A stretch of DNA of 64,000 bases from Acidimicrobiia bacterium (GTDB lineage Bacteria > Actinomycetota > Acidimicrobiia > Acidimicrobiales > JANYDT01), in assembly GCA_031385545.1 (NCBI GenBank), contig JANNBN010000166.1, positions 83,826-147,825 of the forward strand, read 5' to 3'. Shown piece by piece: positions 38,282 to 47,594 of the stretch; within the stretch, counting starts at the first letter, position 1; each line of letters begins with the position of its first letter. The notes under the pieces were generated by a model, which saw nothing but the letters and a program-made list of their open reading frames with translations, did not search any database and was not told the origin of the DNA. The position numbers and the translations under genes were made by a program.

Positions 38282-39483
38282 GATCCAGCACTCTTGCTGC
38301 TGAAGAGCGCTGAGACGGTGCCTGTCCGTTCGACGTCAACCACGGCATCGACACGAACTCCGACAGGAGCAGCAATCGCTGTGGCCAGCACCGCCTGGCC
38401 GATCGGAAGGTGGCGGACCAGCGCTGCGCTGCGCCCGGGGTCAAGTTCGCTGAAGACATCGTCGAGCAGCAGCAAGGGCGCTGACCCGTGCGTGGCGGTG
38501 AGATGGCGATGCACGGCCAATCGCATGGACAGCGCAAGCGTTCGTTGTTCCCCCTGTGATGCGTGAGTCCGGGACGGTCTGACCAGCCCATCGGCTGCGA
38601 GCGACAGCAGCACATCGTCACGGTGCGGGCCGGTCATGGACAACCCACGGCGCGCGTCGTCGAAACGCGACTTCGCCAGGGCATCAGCGAGGACATCGAT
38701 CTGCACCGCCGCCGACCCTTCATCCGAAACTGAGATTAAATCTGAAACTGAATCCGCGATCGCGCCGCGTTGGCACAGCCACGATGAACCGTATGCAACG
38801 CGCACTTGCAATGACGATTCGGCGATGTCGCTGTACGCCTCGACCAACGCAGGCCGAAGCGCATCGAGCAAAGCCAGTCGGGCATTGACAAGGGCTGTAC
38901 CGGTCTCGGCGAGCTTCTCGTCCCACACGTCGAGCGTCAACGCAGCGGCCTCATCCAGCCGACCCCTTCCCACAGTTGCCACCTGTTTGAGCAGTGCGTT
39001 GCGCTGTTTCAGGACTCGCTCGACATCATCGAGCAGCGCCCCGTACCGAAGGTGCTGCGCGGCGAGTGCGGTGTCGAGCCAGTCCCGACGCTCCCCGGGA
39101 CCGCCTTTGACCAAGGTGAGATCTTCGGGCGAGAAGACGCTGATCCGCACGACTTCAGCGAGCTCCCTGGTTCGCTTCAACGGTTGCTTGTTCACCAGTG
39201 TCCGAGACCGGCCTGCCGGCACGATCTCGGTCTCGATCAGTACCGCCCGCGCATCGTTGAGTAGTTCACCCCGAACGACTGCCCGCTCGGATCCGACACG
39301 TGTCAACGACTCGTTGGAAGCACCGCGGAACGATCGGAGGGTTGCCAGATAACCGATGGCTTCGAGAAGGTTGGTCTTGCCGGTGCCGTTGGGACCTGAC
39401 ACCACCGTGACACCGGAGCTGAGTTGAACCTCGGCCTCGGCATAGCTGCGGAAGTCCCTGATGGCGAGCCGCTGGAGAGTCAC
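38227..39483 (-). CDS. recF: DNA replication and repair protein RecF
   Basis: LAIRDFRSYAEAEV, Walker A GPNGTGKTNLLEAI, signature SQGEQRTLALSMRLA, Walker B LLLLDDVFSELD. GTG start. Confidence 0.95.
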   Translation of the reverse strand: MTLQRLAIRDFRSYAEAEVQLSSGVTVVSGPNGTGKTNLLEAIGYLATLRSFRGASNESLTRVGSERAVVRGELLNDARAVLIETEIVPAGRSRTLVNKQPLKRTRELAEVVRISVFSPEDLTLVKGGPGERRDWLDTALAAQHLRYGALLDDVERVLKQRNALLKQVATVGRGRLDEAAALTLDVWDEKLAETGTALVNARLALLDALRPALVEAYSDIAESSLQVRVAYGSSWLCQRGAIADSVSDLISVSDEGSAAVQIDVLADALAKSRFDDARRGLSMTGPHRDDVLLSLAADGLVRPSRTHASQGEQRTLALSMRLAVHRHLTATHGSAPLLLLDDVFSELDPGRSAALVRHLPIGQAVLATAIAAPVGVRVDAVVDVERTGTVSALFSSKSAGSVGKPVESVDSFALESMK

Positions 39484-39518
39484 TTTCCAACGATACGCCG
39501 ACGGTGAAACCGAGTTGA

Positions 39519-40610
39519 TCAGGAGACCCGGACCGGCATCAGCAGGTACAGGTAATCCGGACGATCGGGCGAGCGCAGCAACGCCGGTTTTAGGGGATCG
39601 GTGGTCTGCAGGGTCACGGTGTCGCCTGTGGCCAGATCGAGACCGGCCATCAGGAACTCGGGGTTGAACGCAACCTGGACATCGGCGCCCTGAAAACTCG
39701 CTTCGAGGTCTTCCGACGCCTGCCCCACGTCCTGGGTGATGGCGATCAGCTCAAGGGAGTCGGCGGTCATCTTGAGGCGCACGGGAGTGGCGTCCTTGGC
39801 GAGCAGCTTCACCCGACGGAGTGCCTCGAGGAAGGCAAGACGGTTCACCGTCAAGGTGTTGGGCAGAGTCGCCGGAATGAGGTTCCGGTACGGCGGGTAT
39901 TGACCCTCGATGAGACGGGTAGTGAGGCGGACCTGACCTACCTCGAACGCTGCTTCGCGTTGTCCGAGGTGAAGGTTTGCCTCACCTTGCGAACTCAGTA
40001 AGCGAGCAAGTTCCCCCAGGGCTCGGCTCGGCACAAGGACGGTTTGACCCTCGGCAAGCACCGTCTGGCCAGGGAGATCTCGCACGGCAAGCCGGTAAGA
40101 GTCGGTTGCGACGAGGCGCAGACCACCGGCCTCCGCTGCCATGAGCACACCGGTGAGGATGGGGCGGGCGTCGTCGTGGCTGGCAGCCGGGATGACCTGC
40201 TTGAGGGCATCTGCCAGTGCACCAACTGCGATCGTGACCCCACCCGCCGCGGGGTCGGGTAGGCGTGGAAAGTCTTCGGCCATCAGCGTTCGAACGGCGA
40301 AGGCTGAACGACCAGCCGAAATGTGAGCTTGTTCTCCTTCGACCGACACCTGCACAGCACCGGGTTGAACCGCCTTCAGAATATCGTTCACCAACCGGGC
40401 GGGGAGCACAGCGGTTCCGTCCTCACCAGCGGGAACTTCGATCGTGACATCGATCGTGAGATCGAGATCGGAACCGGTCAGGCGAAGTTGCGTGCCCGAT
40501 AGAGAGACACGAACGCCGGACAGGACGGGCAAGGCACTTCGACTGGCAACAGCACGGGCGGCGGTCCCAAACGCCTCTACGAGAACGTCACGCTCACAGC
40601 GGAACTTCAT
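39519..40610 (-). CDS. dnaN: DNA polymerase III subunit beta (sliding clamp)
   Basis: MKFRCERDVLVEAFGTAARAVASRSALPVLSGVRV, three-domain length, C-terminal YLYLLMPVRV. Confidence 0.95.
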   Translation of the reverse strand: MKFRCERDVLVEAFGTAARAVASRSALPVLSGVRVSLSGTQLRLTGSDLDLTIDVTIEVPAGEDGTAVLPARLVNDILKAVQPGAVQVSVEGEQAHISAGRSAFAVRTLMAEDFPRLPDPAAGGVTIAVGALADALKQVIPAASHDDARPILTGVLMAAEAGGLRLVATDSYRLAVRDLPGQTVLAEGQTVLVPSRALGELARLLSSQGEANLHLGQREAAFEVGQVRLTTRLIEGQYPPYRNLIPATLPNTLTVNRLAFLEALRRVKLLAKDATPVRLKMTADSLELIAITQDVGQASEDLEASFQGADVQVAFNPEFLMAGLDLATGDTVTLQTTDPLKPALLRSPDRPDYLYLLMPVRVS

Positions 40611-40848
40611 GGTGTTGTACCTGTCCTATTCATATAAAGAAAAGAGTTAAAAAGGTGATAGTTGTTGTAGGGCCTGTGGATTGTGGGCAACCCACTGTTT
40701 GCCCAGCTCAGAGCATGTTTCATTGTCCCACCGTCATCCCCAGGCTGCGCGGGTTGGCCAACTTGAACGAAGAGGCCTGTGGAGGACGGAAATGTTCCCC
40801 ACAGATTTCGGCTGTTTTCCACCGACGTTTCCACAGTGCAGGTCATGA
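40611..40848. other. chromosomal replication origin (oriC): AT-rich unwinding element plus multiple DnaA boxes in the dnaA-dnaN spacer
   Basis: AT-rich CCTATTCATATAAAGAAAAGAGTTAAAAAGGTGATA at 40621-40660. Boxes: TGTGGATTG 40675-83 and TGTGGGCAA 40682-90 (reverse orientation), TGTGGAGGA 40778-86, TTCCCCACA 40795-803, TTTTCCACC 40815-23, GTTTCCACA 40827-35. Confidence 0.75.
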
Positions 40849-42393
40849 TCATTGACCATTTTTGATGATGCGGACCAGTTCGGTGACTTGGTCGTAGGTC
40901 GCGCGTCGTTCGTGCATCTGCCCAGTGATCTTCTCGACCGCGTGAATGACTGTCGTGTGATCCCGTCCGCCGAACTCACGACCGATCATCGGGTACGAGA
41001 AGTCCGTGAGTTCCCGGAAGACGTACATCGCGACCTGGCGAGCGGTCACCAAGGGACGACGACGGCTCTGGCCGGTCAGATCCTCGATGCTGAAGTCGAA
41101 CATCGACGCGGTGGCCTCGAGAATGGAACGAGCCGTGATGGGCCGTGGTTCAGACGATGACAGCAGGTATCCAAGCACGCGACGCTCGACCGTGATGGGG
41201 TCGAGCACCTCGCCGGGGCCGAGGTTGAGGCTGGCCCACGCGCACACCCGGTTCAGCGCACCTTCCAACTCGCGGATGTTGTCCTTGATATTGGTCGCGA
41301 TGAACGTGAGCACCTCGTCGGGGACGAAGACCCGCTCTCGGTCGGCCTTCTTGCGAAGGATCGCGAGGCGCGTTTCGAGTTCCGGGGGCTGCACATCGGT
41401 GATGAGGCCCCATTCGAAGCGGCTCCGGAGGCGGTCTTCCAGCGTTCTGATGTTCTTCGGCGGGCGGTCCGACGAGATGACGATCTGGCGGCCGGACTGG
41501 TGAAGGAAGTTGAACGTATGGAAGAACTCTTCCTGCGTGCCTTCCTTGCCCTCCATGAACTGGATGTCGTCGATGAGCAGCACGTCGCAGTCGTCTCGGT
41601 AGCGACGCTTGAACGCACCCGTGGTGTTGGTCTTGATGGCGTCAACGAACTCGGTCACGAACGTTTCGGTAGACACATAGCGGACACGGCTGTGCTTGTA
41701 GTTCTGCTGCACATATTGGGCGATTGCCTGGAGGAGGTGGCTCTTGCCCAACCCGGAATCGCCGTAGATGAAGAGCGGGTTGTAACTGCGCGCAGGCGTT
41801 TCGGCTACGGACAAGGCCGCCGCGTGGGCGAACCGGTTCGACGAGCCGATCACGAAGTCCTCGAACGTGTAGCGAGGGTTGAGTGTCAGATCTGCGCCGG
41901 ACGAGCCTGCTCCGCCGTTGCGTGGTGCCGTGTGAGGTTCTGGCTGCTCACGTTCCGGCACCGGCCGGTAGGTCGTGAGATCAACCACATTGTCCGGGGC
42001 GGCGGTGGGAAGGCCACCCATGGCGGTTCCGACGCTGACGCCGGGTGCGTGGAGCCCTGCTTGCTGTGTCGAAGCTGAGTCCTCGCGCAGCGATGTCCGG
42101 AGGTCGGGCTCGTCGACCGGGGCAAGCCGCTGCCCGGCGTCGATCGAGACATCGATCACCACTTCCATCGACCGGCCGCTCGATTCGCTGAGGACTGACC
42201 GGAGAAGCCCCAGGAAGCGCTCCTCGATCTTTTCCTTCACTAACCCGTCGGGAACCCCCAGCACGACCCGCTGATCGCTGAGCGACAAAGGTGTGGCGCG
42301 CGCGAAGTACATATTCCAGATGGCCTCAGAAACCTGGAGGCGTAGCTGCGCCCCGGCCCGGCCCCACAGTTCGTTTGTCTCCTGGTTGTCCAC
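40849..42393 (-). CDS. dnaA: chromosomal replication initiator protein DnaA
   Basis: Walker A GDSGLGKSHLLQA, Walker B LLIDDIQF, sensor/box VII motifs, C-terminal DNA-binding HTH (RDHTTVIHA). GTG start at 42393. Confidence 0.97.
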   Translation of the reverse strand: MDNQETNELWGRAGAQLRLQVSEAIWNMYFARATPLSLSDQRVVLGVPDGLVKEKIEERFLGLLRSVLSESSGRSMEVVIDVSIDAGQRLAPVDEPDLRTSLREDSASTQQAGLHAPGVSVGTAMGGLPTAAPDNVVDLTTYRPVPEREQPEPHTAPRNGGAGSSGADLTLNPRYTFEDFVIGSSNRFAHAAALSVAETPARSYNPLFIYGDSGLGKSHLLQAIAQYVQQNYKHSRVRYVSTETFVTEFVDAIKTNTTGAFKRRYRDDCDVLLIDDIQFMEGKEGTQEEFFHTFNFLHQSGRQIVISSDRPPKNIRTLEDRLRSRFEWGLITDVQPPELETRLAILRKKADRERVFVPDEVLTFIATNIKDNIRELEGALNRVCAWASLNLGPGEVLDPITVERRVLGYLLSSSEPRPITARSILEATASMFDFSIEDLTGQSRRRPLVTARQVAMYVFRELTDFSYPMIGREFGGRDHTTVIHAVEKITGQMHERRATYDQVTELVRIIKNGQ

Positions 42394-42438
42394 AGCTAAG
42401 CCTCAGCCTTGCACAGGGAATTCCACAGGTGTGGAAAA
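42386..42438. promoter_or_regulatory. DnaA boxes at the dnaA start and promoter: perfect TTGTCCACA over the start codon and the palindromic pair TTCCACA-GG-TGTGGAA
   Basis: TTGTCCACA at 42386-42394 (its complement contains the dnaA GTG start). AATTCCACAGGTGTGGAAAA at 42419-42438. Confidence 0.55.
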
Positions 42439-42781
42439 CCTTGCCGATGGGGGAAATCCCGAGGTGCCACGTACGAAATGCTTTGTGGGCACCGTGCGGG
42501 GCTGGGGAAGCACCCGGGAGGGTGGGGAGATGGAAGCTAGCACCACCACGAGGTCGCGTGTCAGGTGTGCGGCAGATGGTGGCAGGGCTGGAACAATCTG
42601 GTCGTGCGGAGGGCGCGGAGGCTGCTGGGGGCCGGACCGTTGAGCTGGATCAGGCAGATCGGCTGAGGGAGTAACATGCGCGTGTTCGTTTCCGCGGGCT
42701 GCTGTTGCCGCGCCGATTGAAGATCCGTTTGGAATCGAACACACTCAGACCGCAGCACTTGCAAGTATCGGAACACTGATT

Positions 42782-42916
42782 ATGAAGCGCACCTTCCAAC
42801 CCAACACCCGCCGCCGAGCCAAGAAGCATGGTTTTCGCGCCCGCATGGCAACCCCCGCGGGTCGTGCTGTCCTGAAGGCGCGTCGCCTTAAGGGCCGCAC
42901 TCGCCTGTCCGCCTGA
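42782..42916 (+). CDS. rpmH: 50S ribosomal protein L34
   Basis: Translation [44 protein letters not shown] (44 aa). Below the ORF-track length cut-off. Canonical position divergent from dnaA. Confidence 0.95.
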   Translation: MKRTFQPNTRRRAKKHGFRARMATPAGRAVLKARRLKGRTRLSA

Positions 42917-42974
42917 GTTCCAGGGTCCGGACTGAGCCGAACTCACAGCAGAACTGACGGTCGGGCGCACTGAT

Positions 42975-43361
42975 ATGACCGCTGTTCCGCATAGCGAAGC
43001 GTTGCAGTCTCCGGCTGGGGCGACCCTCCGCCGCTCGACGGTCTGGTCGTTGCGGGGCACTGCCGCGTTCGAGGATATCCGAAGCTCTGGCCGTTCGTGC
43101 AAGCAGGGTCGACTCGTGGTTCAGCGATGCTTAGGAGACGCTGGATCGCCCGTGGTTCTTGGTTTGATCGTCGGCAAATCGGTCGGCAACGCCGTGACCC
43201 GCAACCGCGTCAGACGCCAGATTCGTGCGGTAATCCGAGAACTCTCCGGCGAATTGGCAGGTTCGACGGTGGTTGTACGGGCACTTCCGGGTGCAGCCGG
43301 CAGTTCGTACGGGTCGTTGTCGTCAAGTCTGCGCCTGTGTCTGGTTGGATCGACACGGTGA
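42975..43361 (+). CDS. rnpA: ribonuclease P protein component
   Basis: RNR motif region GNAVTRNRVRRQIRAVIRE. Position directly after rpmH. Confidence 0.9.
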   Translation: MTAVPHSEALQSPAGATLRRSTVWSLRGTAAFEDIRSSGRSCKQGRLVVQRCLGDAGSPVVLGLIVGKSVGNAVTRNRVRRQIRAVIRELSGELAGSTVVVRALPGAAGSSYGSLSSSLRLCLVGSTR

Positions 43362-43741
43362 CGGCGTCCAACGCTCTTGAGTCGCCGGTCGTGACCGAAC
43401 GCGGGGATTTGTCCCCCTTGCCTCGGAGATCACCCGTAGCGTGGCTACTCATCGGGGGTATTCGGGCGTATCGGCTTGCTTTCGCGAGTCGGCCGTCGCC
43501 GTGCCGGTTCGAACCGACCTGTTCGGCTTACGGCCTCGAGGCGCTTCGGCTCCACGGCTCGGTGCGCGGCTCGGCGCTGATTGCTCGGCGCATCGTCCGG
43601 TGTCGGCCAGGTGGCGCACACGGGTACGATCCGGTTCCACCTTCGGAACCGACGCCATCCGCTGTTCGTGCTGCCGCAGCGTCGAGCTACTCCCCTGGGG
43701 CCACCGTATCCCACTTGTTGACACCCCCCCCTACTGACTGA
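43358..43741 (+). CDS. yidD: membrane protein insertion efficiency factor YidD
   Basis: IRAYRLAFASRPSPCRFEPTCSAYGLEALRLHG...RCRPGGAHGYDPVP is the YidD signature. GTG 43358 forms a GTGA overlap with the rnpA stop (start could be later). Confidence 0.8.
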   Translation: MTASNALESPVVTERGDLSPLPRRSPVAWLLIGGIRAYRLAFASRPSPCRFEPTCSAYGLEALRLHGSVRGSALIARRIVRCRPGGAHGYDPVPPSEPTPSAVRAAAASSYSPGATVSHLLTPPPTD

Positions 43742-43746
43742 GCGCC

Positions 43747-44757
43747 ATGTTCGAGATCATTGCCCAGGTCTTTGCCTTTCTGTTCGACCTCACGAACAGC
43801 TATGCGATGGCGATCATTCTTCTGACCGTGCTTGTCCGGTTGATTCTGCTGCCGCTCACGCTGAAGCAGACCCGGTCTATGCAGGGCATGGCCAAACTGC
43901 AGCCGGAGATCAAGAAGCTGCAGGAGAAGCACGGTGGCGATCGTCAGGCCATGAACGAAGAGGTGATGAAGCTTTACAAGGAGCACAAGGTCAACCCGGC
44001 CGGCGGTTGTCTGCCGATCCTGCTGCAGGCACCAATCTTCATCGGTCTCTACCGTGTGGTGAACGGGCTCACCCGCAACGTTGAACTCTCCGGGCTCATG
44101 ATCCGTGTTGCGAAACCCCAATACTTGTCAAACGGCACCGAGTTGTACCGCAGCCTGGTTCGGAGCGGCGGGGCAATGAAGTCTTTCGGAATTGATCTTG
44201 CACAGTCAGCGCAGGGTGTCACGGGGTCCAGCCTGACCCGGTTGCCGTACATCCTGCTCGTCGTCCTCGTCGGTGTGACGGGCTACCTGCAGCAGGTGAT
44301 CACCAACAAACAGCAAGGCCCTCCGGCCACAGCCCAGGCTGCACAGATGCAGCGCACCATGAAGTTCCTCCCGATCTTCTTCGCCTTCATCTCGTTCAAT
44401 ATCCAGTCGGCGGTTGTTCTGTACTGGATCGTCGGCAACCTGTGGATCATCGTGCAGGGCCAGATCCTGCGCAAGCTCAACCCGGTTGTGCCGGGAACCG
44501 AAGCTCCAACTGTCGCGTCGTTGTCGTCCGAGAAGACCTCGAAGGTCGATTCCGTGTTGCCCGCCAAGGTCAAATCTGAATCGGCGAGCGCGCCACGGCC
44601 CGGCACAAATGCGAAGGCAGCTGCAGCTGGAGGATCGGCTCGGGTAGCGGGAAGCAAAGCGGCCCCAACGAAGCAGTCAGCAATCGCAGCGGCCCGTCAG
44701 GCCGCGCGAGACGGGCGGTCCCGTCAGGCTGACAACACATCGGACAAACAGAAATAG
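43747..44757 (+). CDS. yidC: membrane protein insertase YidC (short, Gram-positive type)
   Basis: AMAIILLTVLVRLILLPLTLKQTRSMQGMAKLQPEIKKLQEKH...KVNPAGGCLPILLQAPIFIGLY. Confidence 0.93.
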   Translation: MFEIIAQVFAFLFDLTNSYAMAIILLTVLVRLILLPLTLKQTRSMQGMAKLQPEIKKLQEKHGGDRQAMNEEVMKLYKEHKVNPAGGCLPILLQAPIFIGLYRVVNGLTRNVELSGLMIRVAKPQYLSNGTELYRSLVRSGGAMKSFGIDLAQSAQGVTGSSLTRLPYILLVVLVGVTGYLQQVITNKQQGPPATAQAAQMQRTMKFLPIFFAFISFNIQSAVVLYWIVGNLWIIVQGQILRKLNPVVPGTEAPTVASLSSEKTSKVDSVLPAKVKSESASAPRPGTNAKAAAAGGSARVAGSKAAPTKQSAIAAARQAARDGRSRQADNTSDKQK

Positions 44758-44769
44758 GTTCAGGTAGCT

Positions 44770-45723
44770 ATGGAATGGGTTGAATTCAACGCTTCGACAC
44801 TCGAAGACGCCACGCAATTGGCGGCCGATGGGCTGGGTCTTGACGCTTCGGCATTGGAGATAGAGATTCTTGAAGAGCCGGTGGCCGGGTTGTTCGGCCG
44901 CGTCCGCGGGACCGCTCGCATCCGGGCCCGTGCAGCCGGTTCCAAGGCTGGCAAGGCTGGCAAGGCTGGCAAGGCTGCTCCGGCGAAGGCCGCCAGGGTT
45001 GCGAAAGCTCCTGCGACGAGTGCGTCCAGCGCTGGGAAACAAACGCGGGTGTCGTCGGGCGCAGAGGAACTGAATCGGCCAGTCGAGGCGGTTTCGCGCG
45101 CAACGCGGCCAAAGGCCAGCGGTTCCGCGCTGGCTGTGGCGGCAGCGGTCGCTGCTGCTCCGGTGAAGGCTTCTGCAGATCGACGGCCGGCCGCCGCACG
45201 ACGCACACCGCCTCCCGCTCGAGGCGGTCAGGTGGCACCATCGCGCGTCGGAGATGAGCCGGTGGATATGGACGCAGTTGTTGAGAGTTCGAAGCGATTC
45301 CTCGGTGGCCTGCTGGGCGCGGCGGGGTTGCAGGGAACGATCTCGCACCGCGTCGTCGATGAACAGACCGTCGAGATGTCCATGAGTGGTGACGGTCTCG
45401 GAATGCTGGTAGGGCCGAAGGGGCAAACACTGTTGGCGGCGCAGGAGCTGCTCCGAACCTTTGTTCACCACGACACCGGCGGGCGCTCAGGTCGGCTGAT
45501 GCTCGATGTCGCCGGATACCGCGAGAAGCGTCGTGCCGCCCTGCAGATTTTCACCAAGCAGGTAGCCGAATCCGTTGTCAGCACCGGCGAACGGCGAGTG
45601 CTTGAGCCGATGAATGCCGTTGACCGAAAGGTCATTCACGACACGGTGGCTGGGTTGGAGGGCGTGTCGAGCATATCGGAAGGTGAGGATCCTCAGCGAT
45701 ATGTGGTGCTGCTTCCCGAGTGA
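44770..45723 (+). CDS. jag: Jag/KhpB-type RNA-binding protein (Jag_N, KH and R3H domains)
   Basis: N-terminal MEWVEFNASTLEDATQLAADGLGL...GLFGR, C-terminal R3H EPMNAVDRKVIHDTVAGLEGVSSISEGEDPQRYVVLLP. Disordered Ala/Lys linker containing (AGK)n encoded by a 9-bp tandem repeat. Confidence 0.9.
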   Translation: MEWVEFNASTLEDATQLAADGLGLDASALEIEILEEPVAGLFGRVRGTARIRARAAGSKAGKAGKAGKAAPAKAARVAKAPATSASSAGKQTRVSSGAEELNRPVEAVSRATRPKASGSALAVAAAVAAAPVKASADRRPAAARRTPPPARGGQVAPSRVGDEPVDMDAVVESSKRFLGGLLGAAGLQGTISHRVVDEQTVEMSMSGDGLGMLVGPKGQTLLAAQELLRTFVHHDTGGRSGRLMLDVAGYREKRRAALQIFTKQVAESVVSTGERRVLEPMNAVDRKVIHDTVAGLEGVSSISEGEDPQRYVVLLPE

Positions 45724-46433
45724 GCCACTCCGGAAAGCGTCCGCCCCTATCCGCCTCCCCAACCACGCAGACTGATCGCACGGTGCAACCAGCAACTCGG
45801 GTGCAACGCGCTCTCGAGCAATCGCAGAAATTCGGATTTCTCGGTCCGGGCACACTGGACCTGCCGATGCGTCATGCCGACGCCTTTGTCGACATCGCGT
45901 GCGCAGAGGTCGAAGCAGCCGGTGGCGTTGGCGGCACGTGCTCGTGGCTGGACCTGGGCAGTGGCGGTGGACTCCCCGGGTTGGTTGGAATCGACCGTCT
46001 GGCGGATTCAACGTGGGTGTTGCTGGACGCTCAAGCCAAACGAATCCGCTTTCTCCGGTCCGTTGTTGCTGACTGGGACGTGTCGAGTCGGGTGATCTGT
46101 GTGTTGGGTCGAGCCGAAGAGATCTATCAGGCTGGCCAATACCGTGAGGTAGAGGTTGTTGTGGCCAGAGGATTCGGCCAGCCGAGTGTGACAGCCGAAT
46201 GCGCCACAGGCTTTCTTCCAGTTGGAGGCATCCTGGTCGTGTCCGAGCCGCCGGATTCCGATGGCAGTCGATGGGATGGAGTGGACCAGACCCCGCTTGG
46301 TCTGGTTTTCGACGGTGTACGGAGAAGTGGCGGTTTCGGGTTTGCTGTTCTGCGGAAAGTGCGGCGGCAAGCATCACAGATTCCCCGAACCGGTGCTGCG
46401 CTGGCCAGGAACCCGCTGTTTTCACCCGATTAG
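45720..46433 (+). CDS. rsmG: 16S rRNA (guanine527-N7)-methyltransferase RsmG (GidB)
   Basis: FGFLGPG, SAM motif WLDLGSGGGLPGLV, VVVARGFG. GTGA overlap with the jag stop. Confidence 0.85.
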   Translation: MSHSGKRPPLSASPTTQTDRTVQPATRVQRALEQSQKFGFLGPGTLDLPMRHADAFVDIACAEVEAAGGVGGTCSWLDLGSGGGLPGLVGIDRLADSTWVLLDAQAKRIRFLRSVVADWDVSSRVICVLGRAEEIYQAGQYREVEVVVARGFGQPSVTAECATGFLPVGGILVVSEPPDSDGSRWDGVDQTPLGLVFDGVRRSGGFGFAVLRKVRRQASQIPRTGAALARNPLFSPD

Positions 46434-46780
46434 CTTCCCGACTCCGTGGCGCCGGGGATCGAGAGCTTGACGAAACCGGCACGTGTCGAATGAAATCGCC
46501 TGAATGGCCTGGCGTTGCATTCTTCCAACCCTGCGTCTCAGCAAGGGTGAACCTGAAGCGAGGCCATATCCTCTGACTGATAGCCGCGAGCGAGGTCTCG
46601 TCTGCCATCGATCAAGTCGTGGACGAACCAACGTTACGTCGGGCGCGCCGAACAGTGTGGGGCGAGTGGGCCCGGCCACTCAGCAGCCGGGATGCCCGCA
46701 GACCTTGGGTGACCTACGTTTGCGATTGGCTAGAACCCAGCTCGAATGCAACGAACAGGGGATCTTGCTGCCAGCGAAGA

Positions 46781-46796
46781 TGTTTCACGTGAAACA
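46781..46796. other. parS centromere-like site (perfect TGTTTCACGTGAAACA)
   Basis: Exact 16-bp palindrome matching the ParB-binding consensus tGTTtCAcGTGAAAca. Confidence 0.9.
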
Positions 46797-46886
46797 ATCC
46801 CAGCGCCTGTCTCGGCGCCGGGCAGTGCCAAAGCGACCCCGGCGTCTGCGCGAAGTTGTCGAGCGGGACATCAGGCCGGGACGAAT

Positions 46887-46902
46887 TGTTTCACGTGAAA
46901 CA
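46887..46902. other. parS centromere-like site (perfect TGTTTCACGTGAAACA)
   Basis: Exact 16-bp palindrome, 106 bp (start to start) from the first copy. Confidence 0.9.
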
Positions 46903-47313
46903 CCGGCGTTTTGATTTGGATGGCGGCGCTGATTCTGACGCCCGAAAATCTCTCCGTCCTTTCATAGGCGACTCGATGGGTTCCGAAGGGATCACGAGGT
47001 CTATGGAGTGTTGGAGCCGCGGGACGAGCCCAGTGCTCGACCATTCGCTGCCGGGCGGAGAATCGCCTGCCGCGAATTCGGACGAAGCAAGGGAGGTAAC
47101 CCGTGTTGTCTCAACTCGAAGGCAGCGGTCGGTTCATAACCGTTTGTATCGCCGGTCGAGTCGCCCCGTACACCTTGCGACGTTCTCAGACCGCCGTCGC
47201 AGCGCCCCCTCAACTCTCGAGGAAGAACCCCAGGTGTGGGTCTTGTCCGAGCACCCGCATCGGTGGGACGGGCCTCGCTCGTTGGGTTTTCAGATGGCTG
47301 GGGGTGTGGCGGA

Positions 47314-47329
47314 TGTTTCACGTGAAACA
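47314..47329. other. parS centromere-like site (perfect TGTTTCACGTGAAACA)
   Basis: Exact 16-bp palindrome, about 265 bp upstream of the parA start. Confidence 0.9.
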
Positions 47330-47594
47330 ACCCGGTTCAAATCGGATGAGACCGTTCCGCTCGGAGTTCTATCCGACAACCTCGTTCGGTACAACCCATT
47401 TGATGAAGGAATTCACGGTGATGCAACCAAAGCGGTCGCCAACGTGCGACAATGATCGGACCGACCGTGGCGCTCAGACACGGAGGGTCGGACCCAAGGG
47501 GTTCGACTCGGTCAGCGTCGTGGTCAATGCCAAATCAGCCTGCTGTAGAGGTCGATTTGGGACATCTTCAATCTCTTGAGAGTAAGGACGTGAC

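Noticed and set aside
46504-47579. Overlapping ORFs of 136, 199, 158 and 109 aa in the rsmG-parA spacer
   Set aside because: They overlap one another in different frames. Each reads through a parS palindrome, and none has a recognisable motif or a convincing start context. I treat them as non-coding, although a decayed gene cannot be excluded (see finding).
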